Shown: piece after piece, positions 34,252 to 45,514 of the stretch | Layout: each line of letters opens with the position of its first letter | Numbering within the stretch: the first letter of the stretch is position 1 | Origin: Pseudomonadota bacterium | GTDB lineage: Bacteria > Desulfobacterota > SM23-61 | DNA length: 64,000 nt | Reading direction: 5' to 3' | NCBI GenBank assembly: GCA_018819135.1 | Contig: JAHJQK010000075.1 | Location: forward strand, 236-64,235 | Notes under the pieces: model-generated | Database searches by the model: none | Told to the model about the DNA's origin: nothing | Seen by the model: the letters and a program-made list of their open reading frames with translations, nothing else | Position numbers and translations under genes: made by a program

Positions 34252-36138
34252 ATGAATTCCTTGGAAAATTCTCCTGTAAAATACGATGTCATTGTCATCG
34301 GTGCTGGTCACGCTGGGTGTGAAGCGGCCTTGGCCTGCGCTGGTTCAGGCCATCCTACCCTCCTTATCACCATAAACGTGGATGGGATAGCCCGTATGTC
34401 CTGTAATCCGGCTATTGGTGGTTTGGCCAAGGGACATTTGGTAAAAGAAATCGATGCTCTTGGTGGAGAGATGGCCAAGAATATCGATGAGACCGGAATT
34501 CAATTCCGCCAGTTGAATACCAAGAAAGGCCCGGCGGTTCGATCTTCCAGGGCTCAGGGGGACCTGCAATTGTACCACCTGCGCATGAAAAAAGTCCTGG
34601 AGAGGAAAGAAAATCTTTTTCTTAAACAGGCTATTGTTGATGAAATTATTGTAAAAAATGGAAAGGCTGTGGGGGTTGCAACGAATGCCGGAGAAAGGTT
34701 ATTGACCCGTGCCGTAATTGTAACTACAGGAACTTTTCTTCGGGGACTTGTACATATTGGCTTAAATAATTTTTCCGCAGGGAGATTGGGTGAATTACCT
34801 GCGATGATGCTTTCCGGGTCTCTTGGGCGCCTTGGCTTTGCGTTAGGGCGCTTAAAAACGGGGACTTGCCCGCGCCTGGATGGAAAATCCATAAATTTTT
34901 CCCTTCTTAAAGAACAATGGGGGGATGATCCGCCTAAGCCTTTTTCATTTAGTAATAAAAAGGTTGCTTTAAACCAAGTTCCCTGCCATATCACCTACAC
35001 CAATCCAAGAACCCACCAGATCATCCGTTCTGGCCTTGACCGATCGCCCCTTTATTGTGGCGTTATTAAAGGCATTGGCCCCCGGTATTGTCCTTCGGTC
35101 GAAGACAAGGTGGTCCGTTTCCCTGAGAAAGATCAACATCAGATTTTTTTAGAACCCATGGGCTTAGACACGCTGGAAATATATCCCAATGGCCTTTCCA
35201 CAAGCCTGCCCATGGACATTCAATTGCCGATGCTCCGCTCCATCCAGGGGCTGGAAAAAGTTGAAATCATCCGTCCAGGATATGCCATCGAGTACGATTA
35301 TGCTGACCCAATTCAGCTGAAGCCCTCCCTGGAAACAAAGCTTATCGAAAACCTTTTTTTTGCCGGTCAGATAAACGGAACCTCGGGTTACGAAGAAGCT
35401 GCGGCTCAGGGTTTAATGGCCGGTATCAATGCTTCTTTGAAGATTCGAGGAATAAGCCCCTTCATACCTGGGAGGGAAGAGGCTTACATCGGTGTATTGA
35501 TCGATGATCTGGTGACCAAGGGGACCAAGGAACCATACCGAATGTTTACTTCACGGGCCGAATATCGCCTGTTGCTTAGAGAAGATAACGCCGACCTGAG
35601 GTTGCGAGAAAAAGGACGGGCCCTGGGGCTGGTAAATGACAAAGATTATTACGAATTTATTAATAAAAAAGAAAGTATTCACTCAGAGTTAGAAAGATTG
35701 GGCAAAATGTTCGTTTATCCAACCCCTGGAAATAATGACCGGTTAAAGGCATTGAGGAGTTCTCCTATAAAGAACCCAACTTCTTTAGCCGACCTCCTAC
35801 GTAGGCCCGAGTTTTCTTACGGTGACTTAATAATATTCGATCAAAAATGCGCTTTAACTCAGGCAGAAGTTGCCGAACAGGTGGAAATTCATATCAAATA
35901 CGATGGGTACATTAAAAGGCAGGAAGAACAGGTTGCCAAGCTTTTGAAGCTTGAACGCATGCCTTTGCCCGCCGAGGTGGATTTTAAGGCCATCCCTGGC
36001 CTAACGGCCGAAGTGCGAGAGAAATTAAATCGTGTAAAACCAGTTTCTATTGGGCAGGCCTCACGGATCTCCGGGGTTACTCCTGCCGCCATCTCAATTT
36101 TAATGGTATATATGAAAAAAATTGGGTATGGGGGATAA
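34252..36138 (+). CDS. mnmG: tRNA uridine-5-carboxymethylaminomethyl modification enzyme MnmG (GidA)
   Basis: 628 aa. YDVIVIGAGHAGCEAALA is the FAD motif. GIGPRYCPSVEDKV and INGTSGYEEAAAQG also present. Confidence 0.95.
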   Translation: MNSLENSPVKYDVIVIGAGHAGCEAALACAGSGHPTLLITINVDGIARMSCNPAIGGLAKGHLVKEIDALGGEMAKNIDETGIQFRQLNTKKGPAVRSSRAQGDLQLYHLRMKKVLERKENLFLKQAIVDEIIVKNGKAVGVATNAGERLLTRAVIVTTGTFLRGLVHIGLNNFSAGRLGELPAMMLSGSLGRLGFALGRLKTGTCPRLDGKSINFSLLKEQWGDDPPKPFSFSNKKVALNQVPCHITYTNPRTHQIIRSGLDRSPLYCGVIKGIGPRYCPSVEDKVVRFPEKDQHQIFLEPMGLDTLEIYPNGLSTSLPMDIQLPMLRSIQGLEKVEIIRPGYAIEYDYADPIQLKPSLETKLIENLFFAGQINGTSGYEEAAAQGLMAGINASLKIRGISPFIPGREEAYIGVLIDDLVTKGTKEPYRMFTSRAEYRLLLREDNADLRLREKGRALGLVNDKDYYEFINKKESIHSELERLGKMFVYPTPGNNDRLKALRSSPIKNPTSLADLLRRPEFSYGDLIIFDQKCALTQAEVAEQVEIHIKYDGYIKRQEEQVAKLLKLERMPLPAEVDFKAIPGLTAEVREKLNRVKPVSIGQASRISGVTPAAISILMVYMKKIGYGG

Positions 36139-36263
36139 AGGGGTATATTGAGACTTGTTTTTCCGGGCTTGATTAAGGTTGCCAAAAAAAAAGCAAAATA
36201 TGCCACAGAGAACACGGAGAACACAGAGCTAACAATTTAAAAATAAAAGCCTTTCTCTAATTA

Positions 36264-36403
36264 CTCTGTACTACTAAGGTTCAAACTCTGAAAATTTTAT
36301 TAAGCATTTTTTAATTTTATCTGTGTTTATCCGTGGTTATCTGTGTCCTAAATTGTCTTTTTTAAGATCTTTATATCTCTGTGATCTCTGTGCCCTCTGT
36401 GGC
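36264..36403 (+). repeat. dispersed intergenic repeat, copy 3
   Basis: CTCTGTACTACTAAGGTTCAAACTCTGAAAATTTTATTAAGCAT...TTATCTGTGTTTATCCGTGGTTATCTGTGTCC...GATCTCTGTGCCCTCTGTGGC aligns with copies 1 and 2. Confidence 0.85.
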
Positions 36404-36431
36404 TAATTTAATTTAAATATTTAGGCATTTA

Positions 36432-37091
36432 ATGACTCAGAGTGAATTGTTCGAGTTATTAAATCAAGGTGCTGCGCAACTTGGTCTGTCTTTGACGCCA
36501 AATCAATCCCTTTCTTTCTACCAATACCTCAATGAACTTAAGGCTTGGGGGAAGAAAATTAACTTAATAGGCCGATCTGATGAACGAGAAATAGTTATTA
36601 AAGATTTTCTCGATTCTCTGACCGGGCAAGAACAGCTTTTTCAGGGGGCTTCTCTCCTTGACTTAGGTTCCGGAGCGGGATTTCCCGGAATCCCTCTTAA
36701 AATTGTTCGGCCAGACTTAAAGGTAGTTCTGTTAGAGGTTATCCTGAAGAAAGTTCATTTTTTAAAAAATTTAGTGCGCATTTTAGACCTTGAACGGGTA
36801 GAAGTCTATCGGGCAGGGGGAAAAAAGGGGGTTGAAGAAAATCTTTGGGGTAAATTTGATTTTGTCATTTCCAGGGCTTTTGGCTCATTGAATAAATTGG
36901 CCATAGTTGGGCTCCCTTTTTTAAATCCAGGAGGAGTCCTTCTGGCCATGAAAGGGAAAAAAGGGGAAGATGAGCTGGAAAATAACCTTCCCGCTCTTGC
37001 TAACATGGGTTTGAATTTCATTTTTTTGCATCGTTTCCGCTTGCCACTATTGGGACACGAACGAATTCTTATCGGCTTCCAGCGAGGATGA
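36432..37091 (+). CDS. rsmG: 16S rRNA (guanine527-N7)-methyltransferase RsmG (GidB)
   Basis: 219 aa. LLDLGSGAGFPGIPLKI is the SAM motif. Position after mnmG fits. Confidence 0.9.
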   Translation: MTQSELFELLNQGAAQLGLSLTPNQSLSFYQYLNELKAWGKKINLIGRSDEREIVIKDFLDSLTGQEQLFQGASLLDLGSGAGFPGIPLKIVRPDLKVVLLEVILKKVHFLKNLVRILDLERVEVYRAGGKKGVEENLWGKFDFVISRAFGSLNKLAIVGLPFLNPGGVLLAMKGKKGEDELENNLPALANMGLNFIFLHRFRLPLLGHERILIGFQRG

Positions 37092-37107
37092 TGTTTCACG
37101 TGAAACC
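37092..37107. promoter_or_regulatory. parS: parS site (15/16 to consensus)
   Basis: TGTTTCACGTGAAACC begins immediately after the rsmG stop codon, 68 nt upstream of parA. Confidence 0.8.
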
Positions 37108-37174
37108 TTAATATTTTTTTCTTGATATTTTATCAGCGAATAAGGTATGTGTTTGATGCGGGGAATCTTGTAAA

Positions 37175-37939
37175 ATGCCCAGAGTGATCTGCATAGCCAA
37201 TCAGAAAGGAGGGGTGGGAAAGACAACCACCGCGGTCAACCTTTCTGCTTCCCTGGCTGTGGCCGAAAAAAAGACTTTACTCATTGATATCGACCCCCAG
37301 GGAAATGCCACCAGCGGATTTGGAATACCCAGGGGAGAAATCGCCCAAAACATTTACCATGCCCTAATTGATCAAGTTCCTCCGCAAACTTTGCTTCGAG
37401 ATACAGAGTTGACTTTCCTGAAAATCATACCTTCGAACATAGATTTGATCGGAGCCGAAATTGAATTGGTTCCCTTTTCAGGCAGGGAGGCGCGCCTGAG
37501 GAATGCCTTGAAGGAATTGAAAGCAGGATTCGATTTTTTGATTATTGACTGTCCGCCCTCTCTTGGTCTTTTGACCGTGAATTCTTTGACGGCGGCGGAT
37601 TCTGTCCTCATTCCCTTACAATGCGAGTATTATCCAATGGAAGGATTGTCGCAACTACTTAAAACTATTGAATTAATTAGAAATCATCTAAACCCAGATT
37701 TGAAAATCGAAGGGATTCTCCTGACCATGTTTGACAAGCGAAACAACATTTCTCATCAGGTTACCGAAGAGGTTCGCAAGCACTTTGGGTCCTTGGTTTT
37801 TAATACGGTAATTCCCCGCAATGTCCGACTCAGCGAAAGTCCAAGCTTTGGCAAGCCCATCATCTTATATGATGCGAGTTCCCGTGGGGCAGAAAGTTAT
37901 CTGGATTTAGCCAAAGAGGTTTTAAATCATGCGCGGTAA
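37175..37939 (+). CDS. parA: chromosome partitioning ATPase ParA/Soj
   Basis: IANQKGGVGKTTTAVNL is the deviant Walker A. IIDCPPSLG also present. Confidence 0.95.
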   Translation: MPRVICIANQKGGVGKTTTAVNLSASLAVAEKKTLLIDIDPQGNATSGFGIPRGEIAQNIYHALIDQVPPQTLLRDTELTFLKIIPSNIDLIGAEIELVPFSGREARLRNALKELKAGFDFLIIDCPPSLGLLTVNSLTAADSVLIPLQCEYYPMEGLSQLLKTIELIRNHLNPDLKIEGILLTMFDKRNNISHQVTEEVRKHFGSLVFNTVIPRNVRLSESPSFGKPIILYDASSRGAESYLDLAKEVLNHAR

Positions 37940-38223
37940 TGGCCAACTATTTTAAATGGCTTATTTTCCCTAAATTGAGCGTTTTTTTTAAAACCACAGA
38001 GAATACAGAGGATAAATTCACAATTAAGAAAACAAATAAACTCAATCTTTCCTCTGGGCCTTCTTTGATGAATCGCCTTTTTAAGGCTTTTTTAAATTTT
38101 TCTTATATCTCAATTTTTTCTTTTGACATTTTTTTTTTGACATTTTTCTTTTATTTAGTTTAAAGTGAATCGTCATTCATTTTTTATGGCAACAATATTG
38201 CCCGTTAGCAAAAGGAAAAAAAG

Positions 38224-39069
38224 TTGGTTGCTCGCCAGGCTTTAGGAAAGGGATTGGGAGCTTTAATTCCCGAGAAGTCACCCTCAGATGTTGAAGGGAA
38301 AAAGGTTTTCAGCATCTGTGGGATCGAAGAGATCAAACCCAATCCGTTCCAACCCAGAAAGGCTTTTGGTGAGGAGCAACTCCGGGAATTGGTCGGGTCC
38401 ATCCAGGAAAAGGGAATTCTCCAACCATTAATTGTCCGGCGCAAAGGAAGTGGTTATGAACTTATCGCCGGAGAGCGGAGATGGCGGGCTGCTCAGAAAG
38501 CTGGGATGAAAGACGTTCCCATAATCATCAAAGATGTCCCAGAATCAGAGCTCCTGGAGCTTTCTTTGATCGAGAACATTCAAAGAGAAAACCTTAATCC
38601 GATCGAAGAGGCCGAAGCTTTCAAGGGATTGATGGATCAGTTCCATTTTACGCAAGAAGAAATTTCCCAGCGGGTTGGCAAAGACCGGACGACCATCACC
38701 AACGCCATCCGGTTGCTTAAACTTCCCCAGGACATCAAACAAAGTTTGGCCAACGGGGCGATAAGCATGGGCCATGCCCGAGCTTTTTTGAGTCTGGATG
38801 GGGCCGAGAAGCAAAGACTGGCCCTGAAAAAAGTACTCGCCGGCGGCCTCTCCGTCCGACAGACCGAAAACTTGGTCAAACGGCTGCGGGTCAGGTCATA
38901 CGCTTCAATTCCGAAAAAAAATCAAGAATGGAATCCTTTGGTAGAAGAACTGCAGCGAGCGTTGGGAACAAAGGTGAAGATCATAGGCAAGGGCAAGCGG
39001 GGCAAAATCGAAATTGAATTTTATTCTCATGAAGAATTGGATCGGATCATTGACCTGCTGCGCAGATGA
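38224..39069 (+). CDS. parB: chromosome partitioning protein ParB/Spo0J (TTG start)
   Basis: ALGKGLGALIP, QPLIVRR, LIAGERRWRAAQKAG and the HTH ...QEEISQRVGKDRTTITNAIRLL. Confidence 0.9.
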   Translation: MVARQALGKGLGALIPEKSPSDVEGKKVFSICGIEEIKPNPFQPRKAFGEEQLRELVGSIQEKGILQPLIVRRKGSGYELIAGERRWRAAQKAGMKDVPIIIKDVPESELLELSLIENIQRENLNPIEEAEAFKGLMDQFHFTQEEISQRVGKDRTTITNAIRLLKLPQDIKQSLANGAISMGHARAFLSLDGAEKQRLALKKVLAGGLSVRQTENLVKRLRVRSYASIPKKNQEWNPLVEELQRALGTKVKIIGKGKRGKIEIEFYSHEELDRIIDLLRR

Positions 39070-39479
39070 AGGATGGGGAAAAGCACCGGATGGATACCAA
39101 GAGAAAGCCTAAAGAAGAAATCAACGCCCTTTTAGGTTGCGGAACGGAATTCGAAGGAAAATTGAGCTTCGAAGGGGCTGTCCGGGTAGATGGGAAATTT
39201 ACTGGGGAAGTTCAGAGTAATGGAATGTTGATCATCGGTGAAAAAGCTGTTGTCCGGGCGGAAATTCAAGCTGGGGTGGTTCTGGTGCATGGGGAAGCCC
39301 ATGGAAAGATCAGCGCCAAATCCCGGATTGAGGCTTATCCCCCGGCAAGAATTTACGGCGACGTTTATTCCCCCGTCCTGGTGTTGGGTGAAGGGGTCAT
39401 CTTCGAAGGAACTTCCCATATGACGGGGGAGCCGGAAGGGATGGGGAAGGCTGAAAATCTGCTTCCCAATAAAAATTGA
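39066..39479 (+). CDS. bactofilin (DUF583) cytoskeletal protein
   Basis: G(K)LSFEGAVRVDGKFTGEV...IIGEKAVVRAEI...VLVHGEAHGKI... is a beta-helical repeat. The ATG overlaps the parB stop (ATGA). Confidence 0.8.
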   Translation: MKDGEKHRMDTKRKPKEEINALLGCGTEFEGKLSFEGAVRVDGKFTGEVQSNGMLIIGEKAVVRAEIQAGVVLVHGEAHGKISAKSRIEAYPPARIYGDVYSPVLVLGEGVIFEGTSHMTGEPEGMGKAENLLPNKN

Positions 39480-39493
39480 ACGGAGAGAGCTCG

Positions 39494-39922
39494 ATGATCG
39501 ATTTGAACTTAACTCTCATCATTCAACTGGCGATTGTTTTAAGTTTGATAGTCATTTTAAGCCAGATTGCTTTCAAACCTTTTTTAAGCCTCCTGCAGGC
39601 GAGAAAAGAACGGATTGAAGGAGCTGAAAAAAGGGCCCGAGAACTCCAACAACAGGCGGAAAAGTTAATTGAACGATATCGGGAAGCGATTTCTGCAGCC
39701 CAGGCTCAAGGAGCCACGATCCGGGAAGAAATTCGTCAAGAGAGCTTGGCGAAGGAAATGGAGATTTTACAGAAAACCATGGCGGAGTCCAATCAGGTCA
39801 TTGAAGATATGAAAAAGAAAATTGCCGAAGAGACAAGGTTGGCGCGAAAGGACCTCCGGCTTCAAGCAAGGAATCTTTCCCGCGAGATCACTGCCAGAAT
39901 TCTGGGGAGGGACCTTTCATGA
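39494..39922 (+). CDS. F0F1 ATP synthase subunit b' (b-type stator subunit)
   Basis: N-terminal TM LTLIIQLAIVLSLIVILSQIAFKPF followed by a long charged helix. First of two b-type genes. Confidence 0.75.
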   Translation: MIDLNLTLIIQLAIVLSLIVILSQIAFKPFLSLLQARKERIEGAEKRARELQQQAEKLIERYREAISAAQAQGATIREEIRQESLAKEMEILQKTMAESNQVIEDMKKKIAEETRLARKDLRLQARNLSREITARILGRDLS

Positions 39923-40494
39923 ACAGATTCTCTCGTTGGTTCCAGGTGACTACCATCGGGATTCTCGCCCAGGCTTGGGGAGCTAATGATCTTTGGGCGG
40001 CCGGGAGCGGGGAAGGAATTTCGGGAGAGGTTTTCTGGCAGATCATCAGTTTCGTTCTTCTAGCTATTCTTTTAGCCCAATTATTAAAAAAGCCGGTTCG
40101 TTCCTTCTTGGGCCAAAGACAGGAGGAAATCAAAAACTCTATTGAGCAGGCGGCCCGGAAAGAGACCGAATCCCAATCCCAACTCGAGGCGTGGGAAAGA
40201 AAGCTTAGTGTCCTGAGTCAAGAAGTCGTCGATCTCCATCAGAGGATATCCCAGGAAGGAGAAGCGGAACGGAAAAGGATCATCGAACACGCCACAGAGG
40301 AAGGAGAGCGGATTCGGAAACAGGCCTTAGGAGTTGCCGAGCAGGAAGTTAAGAAAGCACGGGCGGCCCTAAAAAAAGATATGGTAGATCTTTCCTTGGA
40401 GTTCGCCGAAAAACTCTTGCAAGAAACTACCCAACCCCAGGACCAGGAGCGATTGGTCAAAGAATTCGTCGGCAAGATGGGAGAAATTAGGTGA
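39919..40494 (+). CDS. atpF: F0F1 ATP synthase subunit b
   Basis: TM FWQIISFVLLAILLAQLLKKPV followed by a coiled-coil stalk. Overlaps the upstream gene by 4 nt. Confidence 0.75.
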   Translation: MNRFSRWFQVTTIGILAQAWGANDLWAAGSGEGISGEVFWQIISFVLLAILLAQLLKKPVRSFLGQRQEEIKNSIEQAARKETESQSQLEAWERKLSVLSQEVVDLHQRISQEGEAERKRIIEHATEEGERIRKQALGVAEQEVKKARAALKKDMVDLSLEFAEKLLQETTQPQDQERLVKEFVGKMGEIR

Positions 40495-41035
40495 TCCGTT
40501 TAACTGTCGCCAGAAAATATGCTCGAGCCTTTTTAGAGAGATAGGCCTCCCAGAAGGCAAGTATGATGCCCTGGGCAAAGAATTGGAAACAATAGCCGAC
40601 TTGCTGAAAGAAAACAGGGAACTCAAGGCGGTTTTATTCAGTGCAGCCTATCCTGCGGCCACCAGGAAAGACATTTTCAGAGCCGTCGCCGAGCCCTCCG
40701 GCCTTTCTCCATCTACCGTGAGTTTTATTGATTTGCTCATCGCCCGGGAAAGGATCGATCATTTTATCGAGGTGGTCAAGTCTTATGAAAGCCTTTCCGA
40801 TGCGGTTGCGAACCGGGTTCGAGCGACATTAATTACCGCAGGAGATATCTCCCCCGCCCTGGTGCAAAGCATTAAGAGTCAGTTGGAAGCTTCGACCGGT
40901 AAAGAGGTCATTCTTTCCGTGGAAGAAGATCGCTCCCTGATTGGGGGGGTAATGGCCAAAATTGGCAATGTCGTTTATGATGGAAGTCTAAGGACGCAGT
41001 TATTAAAAGTAAAAGAGAATTTATACAAGGAATGA
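40491..41035 (+). CDS. atpH: F0F1 ATP synthase subunit delta, reading frame broken once near the T5 run 40530-40534
   Basis: GTG 40491 (GTGA overlap with the atpF stop) gives VIRLTVARKYARAF, the conserved delta N-terminus, then hits TAG 40542. The rest (EIGLPEGKYDALGKELETIADLL...) continues in frame 2 to 41035. Confidence 0.8.
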
Positions 41036-41041
41036 GCAAAG

Positions 41042-42559
41042 ATGGCGGTACAGATTAGAGCCGACGAGATTAGCAAAATCATCCGCAACCAAATCCAGGG
41101 ATTCGACCGCCAGTTGGATGTGGCGGAAACGGGAATCATCCTCTCGGTAGGGGATGGCATTGCCCACATTTATGGCTTAGAGCAGGTCATGGCCGGGGAG
41201 CTTTTGGAGTTTCCTCACGGGGTCTATGGCATGGTCTTGAACTTAGAGCAGGATAATGTGGGTTCCGTTCTTTTTGGCGAAGATACGCTGATCCGGGAAG
41301 GGGACTCGGTCAAACGGACCAAGCGGATTGCCCAGGTACCCGTGGGGGAGGAACTCATCGGGCGGGTGGTGAACTCTTTGGGTCAGCCCCTCGATGAGGG
41401 TCCCGCCGTTGAGGCCAAACACTTCCGTAATATTGAGCAGAAAGCACCGGGAATTGTTGCCCGCATGCCGGTGAAAGAGCCGCTGCAGACAGGCCTGAAG
41501 GCTATCGATTCCATGATCCCCATCGGGCGGGGTCAGCGGGAATTGATCATCGGAGACCGCGGGACGGGCAAGACGGCTCTGGCCGTGGATACCATTCTCA
41601 ACCAGAAAGGCAAAGGGGTTTATTGCTTCTATGTGGCGATTGGCCAGAAACGCTCGACTGTCGCGAGAGTGGTAGACCTCTTTAGAAAATATGGAGCCAT
41701 GGAATACACCACAGTGATTGCGGCCACCGCCTCGGACCCGGCTCCTTTACAGTATATCGCCCCCTATACTGGCTGTTCTATGGGAGAGTACTTTCGGGAT
41801 TCGGGAAGGCATGCCCTTTGCGTTTACGATGACCTCTCCAAACACGCCCAGGCTTATCGGCAGCTTTCCCTCCTTTTGCGCCGCCCCCCGGGACGCGAAG
41901 CCTTCCCCGGGGATATTTTCTACCTCCATTCGCGACTTTTAGAGAGGGCAGCAAAACTTAAAGACGAAAGCGGTGGAGGCTCCTTGACCGCTCTGCCAAT
42001 TATCGAGACTCAGGCCGGAGACGTCTCGGCTTATATCCCCACCAATGTTATTTCCATCACGGACGGTCAAATCTATTTGGAATCGGAACTTTTCTATTCC
42101 GGAGTTCGACCGGCAATCAACGTCGGGCTCTCGGTCTCCCGGGTGGGGGGCAATGCTCAGATAAAAGCCATGAAACAGGTGGCTGGAAGTTTACGCCTCG
42201 ATTTGGCCCAATACCGGGAAATGGCTGCCTTCGCCCAATTCGGAAGTGATCTGGACAAGGCTACCCAGGCGCAGCTAGCCCGGGGAAGCCGGCTAGTGGA
42301 AATCCTCAAACAGCCTCAATATAAACCCCAACCTGTAGAGAAACAAATTTTAATCATCTTTGCTGGAACGAACGGATATCTGGAAATGTACTCCGAAAGC
42401 GTTCTGCAGCGGTACGAAGAGGAGCTAACGGCGTTCGTGGACAACCGCTATCCCCAAGTTTATACGGAGATAAGCGAGAAGAAGGCCCTGGATGCTGAAC
42501 TCGAAAAGAAGATCAAGGACGTGCTGGAAGAGTTCAAGGGCCAGTTTAAAGTGGAGTAA
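41042..42559 (+). CDS. atpA: F0F1 ATP synthase subunit alpha
   Basis: GDRGTGKTA (P-loop); 505 aa. Confidence 0.95.
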   Translation: MAVQIRADEISKIIRNQIQGFDRQLDVAETGIILSVGDGIAHIYGLEQVMAGELLEFPHGVYGMVLNLEQDNVGSVLFGEDTLIREGDSVKRTKRIAQVPVGEELIGRVVNSLGQPLDEGPAVEAKHFRNIEQKAPGIVARMPVKEPLQTGLKAIDSMIPIGRGQRELIIGDRGTGKTALAVDTILNQKGKGVYCFYVAIGQKRSTVARVVDLFRKYGAMEYTTVIAATASDPAPLQYIAPYTGCSMGEYFRDSGRHALCVYDDLSKHAQAYRQLSLLLRRPPGREAFPGDIFYLHSRLLERAAKLKDESGGGSLTALPIIETQAGDVSAYIPTNVISITDGQIYLESELFYSGVRPAINVGLSVSRVGGNAQIKAMKQVAGSLRLDLAQYREMAAFAQFGSDLDKATQAQLARGSRLVEILKQPQYKPQPVEKQILIIFAGTNGYLEMYSESVLQRYEEELTAFVDNRYPQVYTEISEKKALDAELEKKIKDVLEEFKGQFKVE

Positions 42560-42565
42560 GCACCT

Positions 42566-43483
42566 ATGGCGAAAGCAAGCCTTCGGGATATTCGGAAAAG
42601 GATTACCAGCGTTCGATCCACGCAGCAGATTACCAAAGCCATGAAAATGGTGGCAACCGCCAAACTGCGCCGCGCTCAGGAGAGTATCCTGGCCACCCGG
42701 CCCTATGCCACCAAGATGTTCGAAGTTCTCAGCCGTCTTGCGGCCAGGACCTCCGCCGAGGTTCATCCCTTGTTGGCCAGAAGAGAGGCCAAGCGGGTCG
42801 AGATAGTGGTTTTCACTTCCGACCGCGGCCTCTGTGGCGCGTTTAACATGAACCTCATTCAAAAGGCTGAAAAGTTCTTGGAAGAGGAAAAGGCCAAGAC
42901 AGAGGAAGTGGCCCTCTCTTTCATTGGGCGCAAAGGCCGGGATTACTTCCGCAAACGGAAGGTGATGATGCGGCGGGAGTACGTCAACTTTTTTGGCAAG
43001 GTGGATTTTATCCTGGCGGCGAACATTGGCCAAGAGTTGGTGCAGACCTACGCCGCCCAACAAGTGGACGGTATCTACCTGTTGTACAGTGAATTCCGTT
43101 CGGCCATCCAGCAGCGGGTGGTTTTAAGGAAGATCTTGCCAGTGGAACCCAAGGTTGGCGATGAGGGGCCAGATATACCCTCCAGCGCCGGGGCCCATCC
43201 GTCCGGAATGGGGAAGATATCGGCTGGGGAATACCTTTATGAGCCTTCGGAAGCAGAGATCTTGGATAAGCTTCTCCCCATGTATGTAGAAGTGCAAGTC
43301 TATCAAGCGTTGCTGGAATCCTTGGCCTCCGAGTATGGAGCCCGGATGACAGCCATGGACAATGCCACCAATAACGCCAGGGATATGATCGATAAATTAA
43401 CCTTGATTTACAATAAAGCAAGACAGGCGGCGATCACCAAAGAATTGATTGAAATCGTCAGCGGTGCCGAAGCCCTGAAGTGA
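42566..43483 (+). CDS. atpG: F0F1 ATP synthase subunit gamma
   Basis: MAKASLRDIRKRITSVRSTQQITKAMKMVATAKLRRAQ ... ITKELIEIVSGAEAL. Confidence 0.95.
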   Translation: MAKASLRDIRKRITSVRSTQQITKAMKMVATAKLRRAQESILATRPYATKMFEVLSRLAARTSAEVHPLLARREAKRVEIVVFTSDRGLCGAFNMNLIQKAEKFLEEEKAKTEEVALSFIGRKGRDYFRKRKVMMRREYVNFFGKVDFILAANIGQELVQTYAAQQVDGIYLLYSEFRSAIQQRVVLRKILPVEPKVGDEGPDIPSSAGAHPSGMGKISAGEYLYEPSEAEILDKLLPMYVEVQVYQALLESLASEYGARMTAMDNATNNARDMIDKLTLIYNKARQAAITKELIEIVSGAEALK

Positions 43484-43493
43484 AAAAAGCTCT

Positions 43494-43633
43494 TGGACGC
43501 AGATTCACCCTGTTAGATGTTTACTATCTAACAGGTTAAACGCAGATTATAAGGATCTAAAAAGAGACAAAGTAATATTGGCTTAATGCCTTTTCAAGTC
43601 TTTATCTGCGTGGGTCTGCGAAAATCGGCGTCC
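43494..43633. repeat. MITE-like element with GGACGCAGAT... / ...ATCTGCGTGGGTCTGCGAAAATCGGCGTCC ends, splitting atpG from atpD
   Basis: Read directly. It also contains the internal palindrome CCCTGTTAGATGTTTACTATCTAACAGG. Confidence 0.7.
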
Positions 43634-43639
43634 CAATAA

Positions 43640-45076
<1,437 letters not shown>

Positions 45077-45086
45077 GGGGTTTCCC

Positions 45087-45503
45087 ATGGATAAGTATTT
45101 TCTCTTGGAAATTGTTACCCCCTATGGGTTGGTAGTTAGCTCGAAGGTTGAGGAAGTCTATATCCCGGGAAGCCAGGGGGATTTTGGAGTCCTTCCCGGC
45201 CATACCCCTTTCCTTACTTCTCTCCGCATCGGGGAATTGCACTACCGGAGGGATAAGGAAATTCATTTATTGGCTATTAATCGTGGCTTTGCAGAAGTCA
45301 CCCCCACAAGAACGACTATTCTTACGGATACGGCGGAGCCAGCGGAGGAGATCGATGTAGAGCGGGCCCAAACCGCCAGGACCCGGGCGGAGGAAGGGCT
45401 TAAAACCCTTGCCAAAGATGACCCGGCATACCTGAAAGAAATAGAAGCATTGGAGCGGGCCAAGGTGAGGCTGCGCATCGCCGAAAAGGCTCCTCGAGAG
45501 TAG
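45087..45503 (+). CDS. atpC: F0F1 ATP synthase subunit epsilon
   Basis: 138 aa with ...IPGSQGDFGVLPGHTPFLT.... Confidence 0.9.
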   Translation: MDKYFLLEIVTPYGLVVSSKVEEVYIPGSQGDFGVLPGHTPFLTSLRIGELHYRRDKEIHLLAINRGFAEVTPTRTTILTDTAEPAEEIDVERAQTARTRAEEGLKTLAKDDPAYLKEIEALERAKVRLRIAEKAPRE

Positions 45504-45514
45504 TTTCCAAGAGC

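Noticed and set aside
37939-38163. A 74-aa ORF lies between parA and parB.
   Set aside because: It is a low-complexity F/L/K-rich translation of an AT-rich, repeat-bearing spacer and has no SD.
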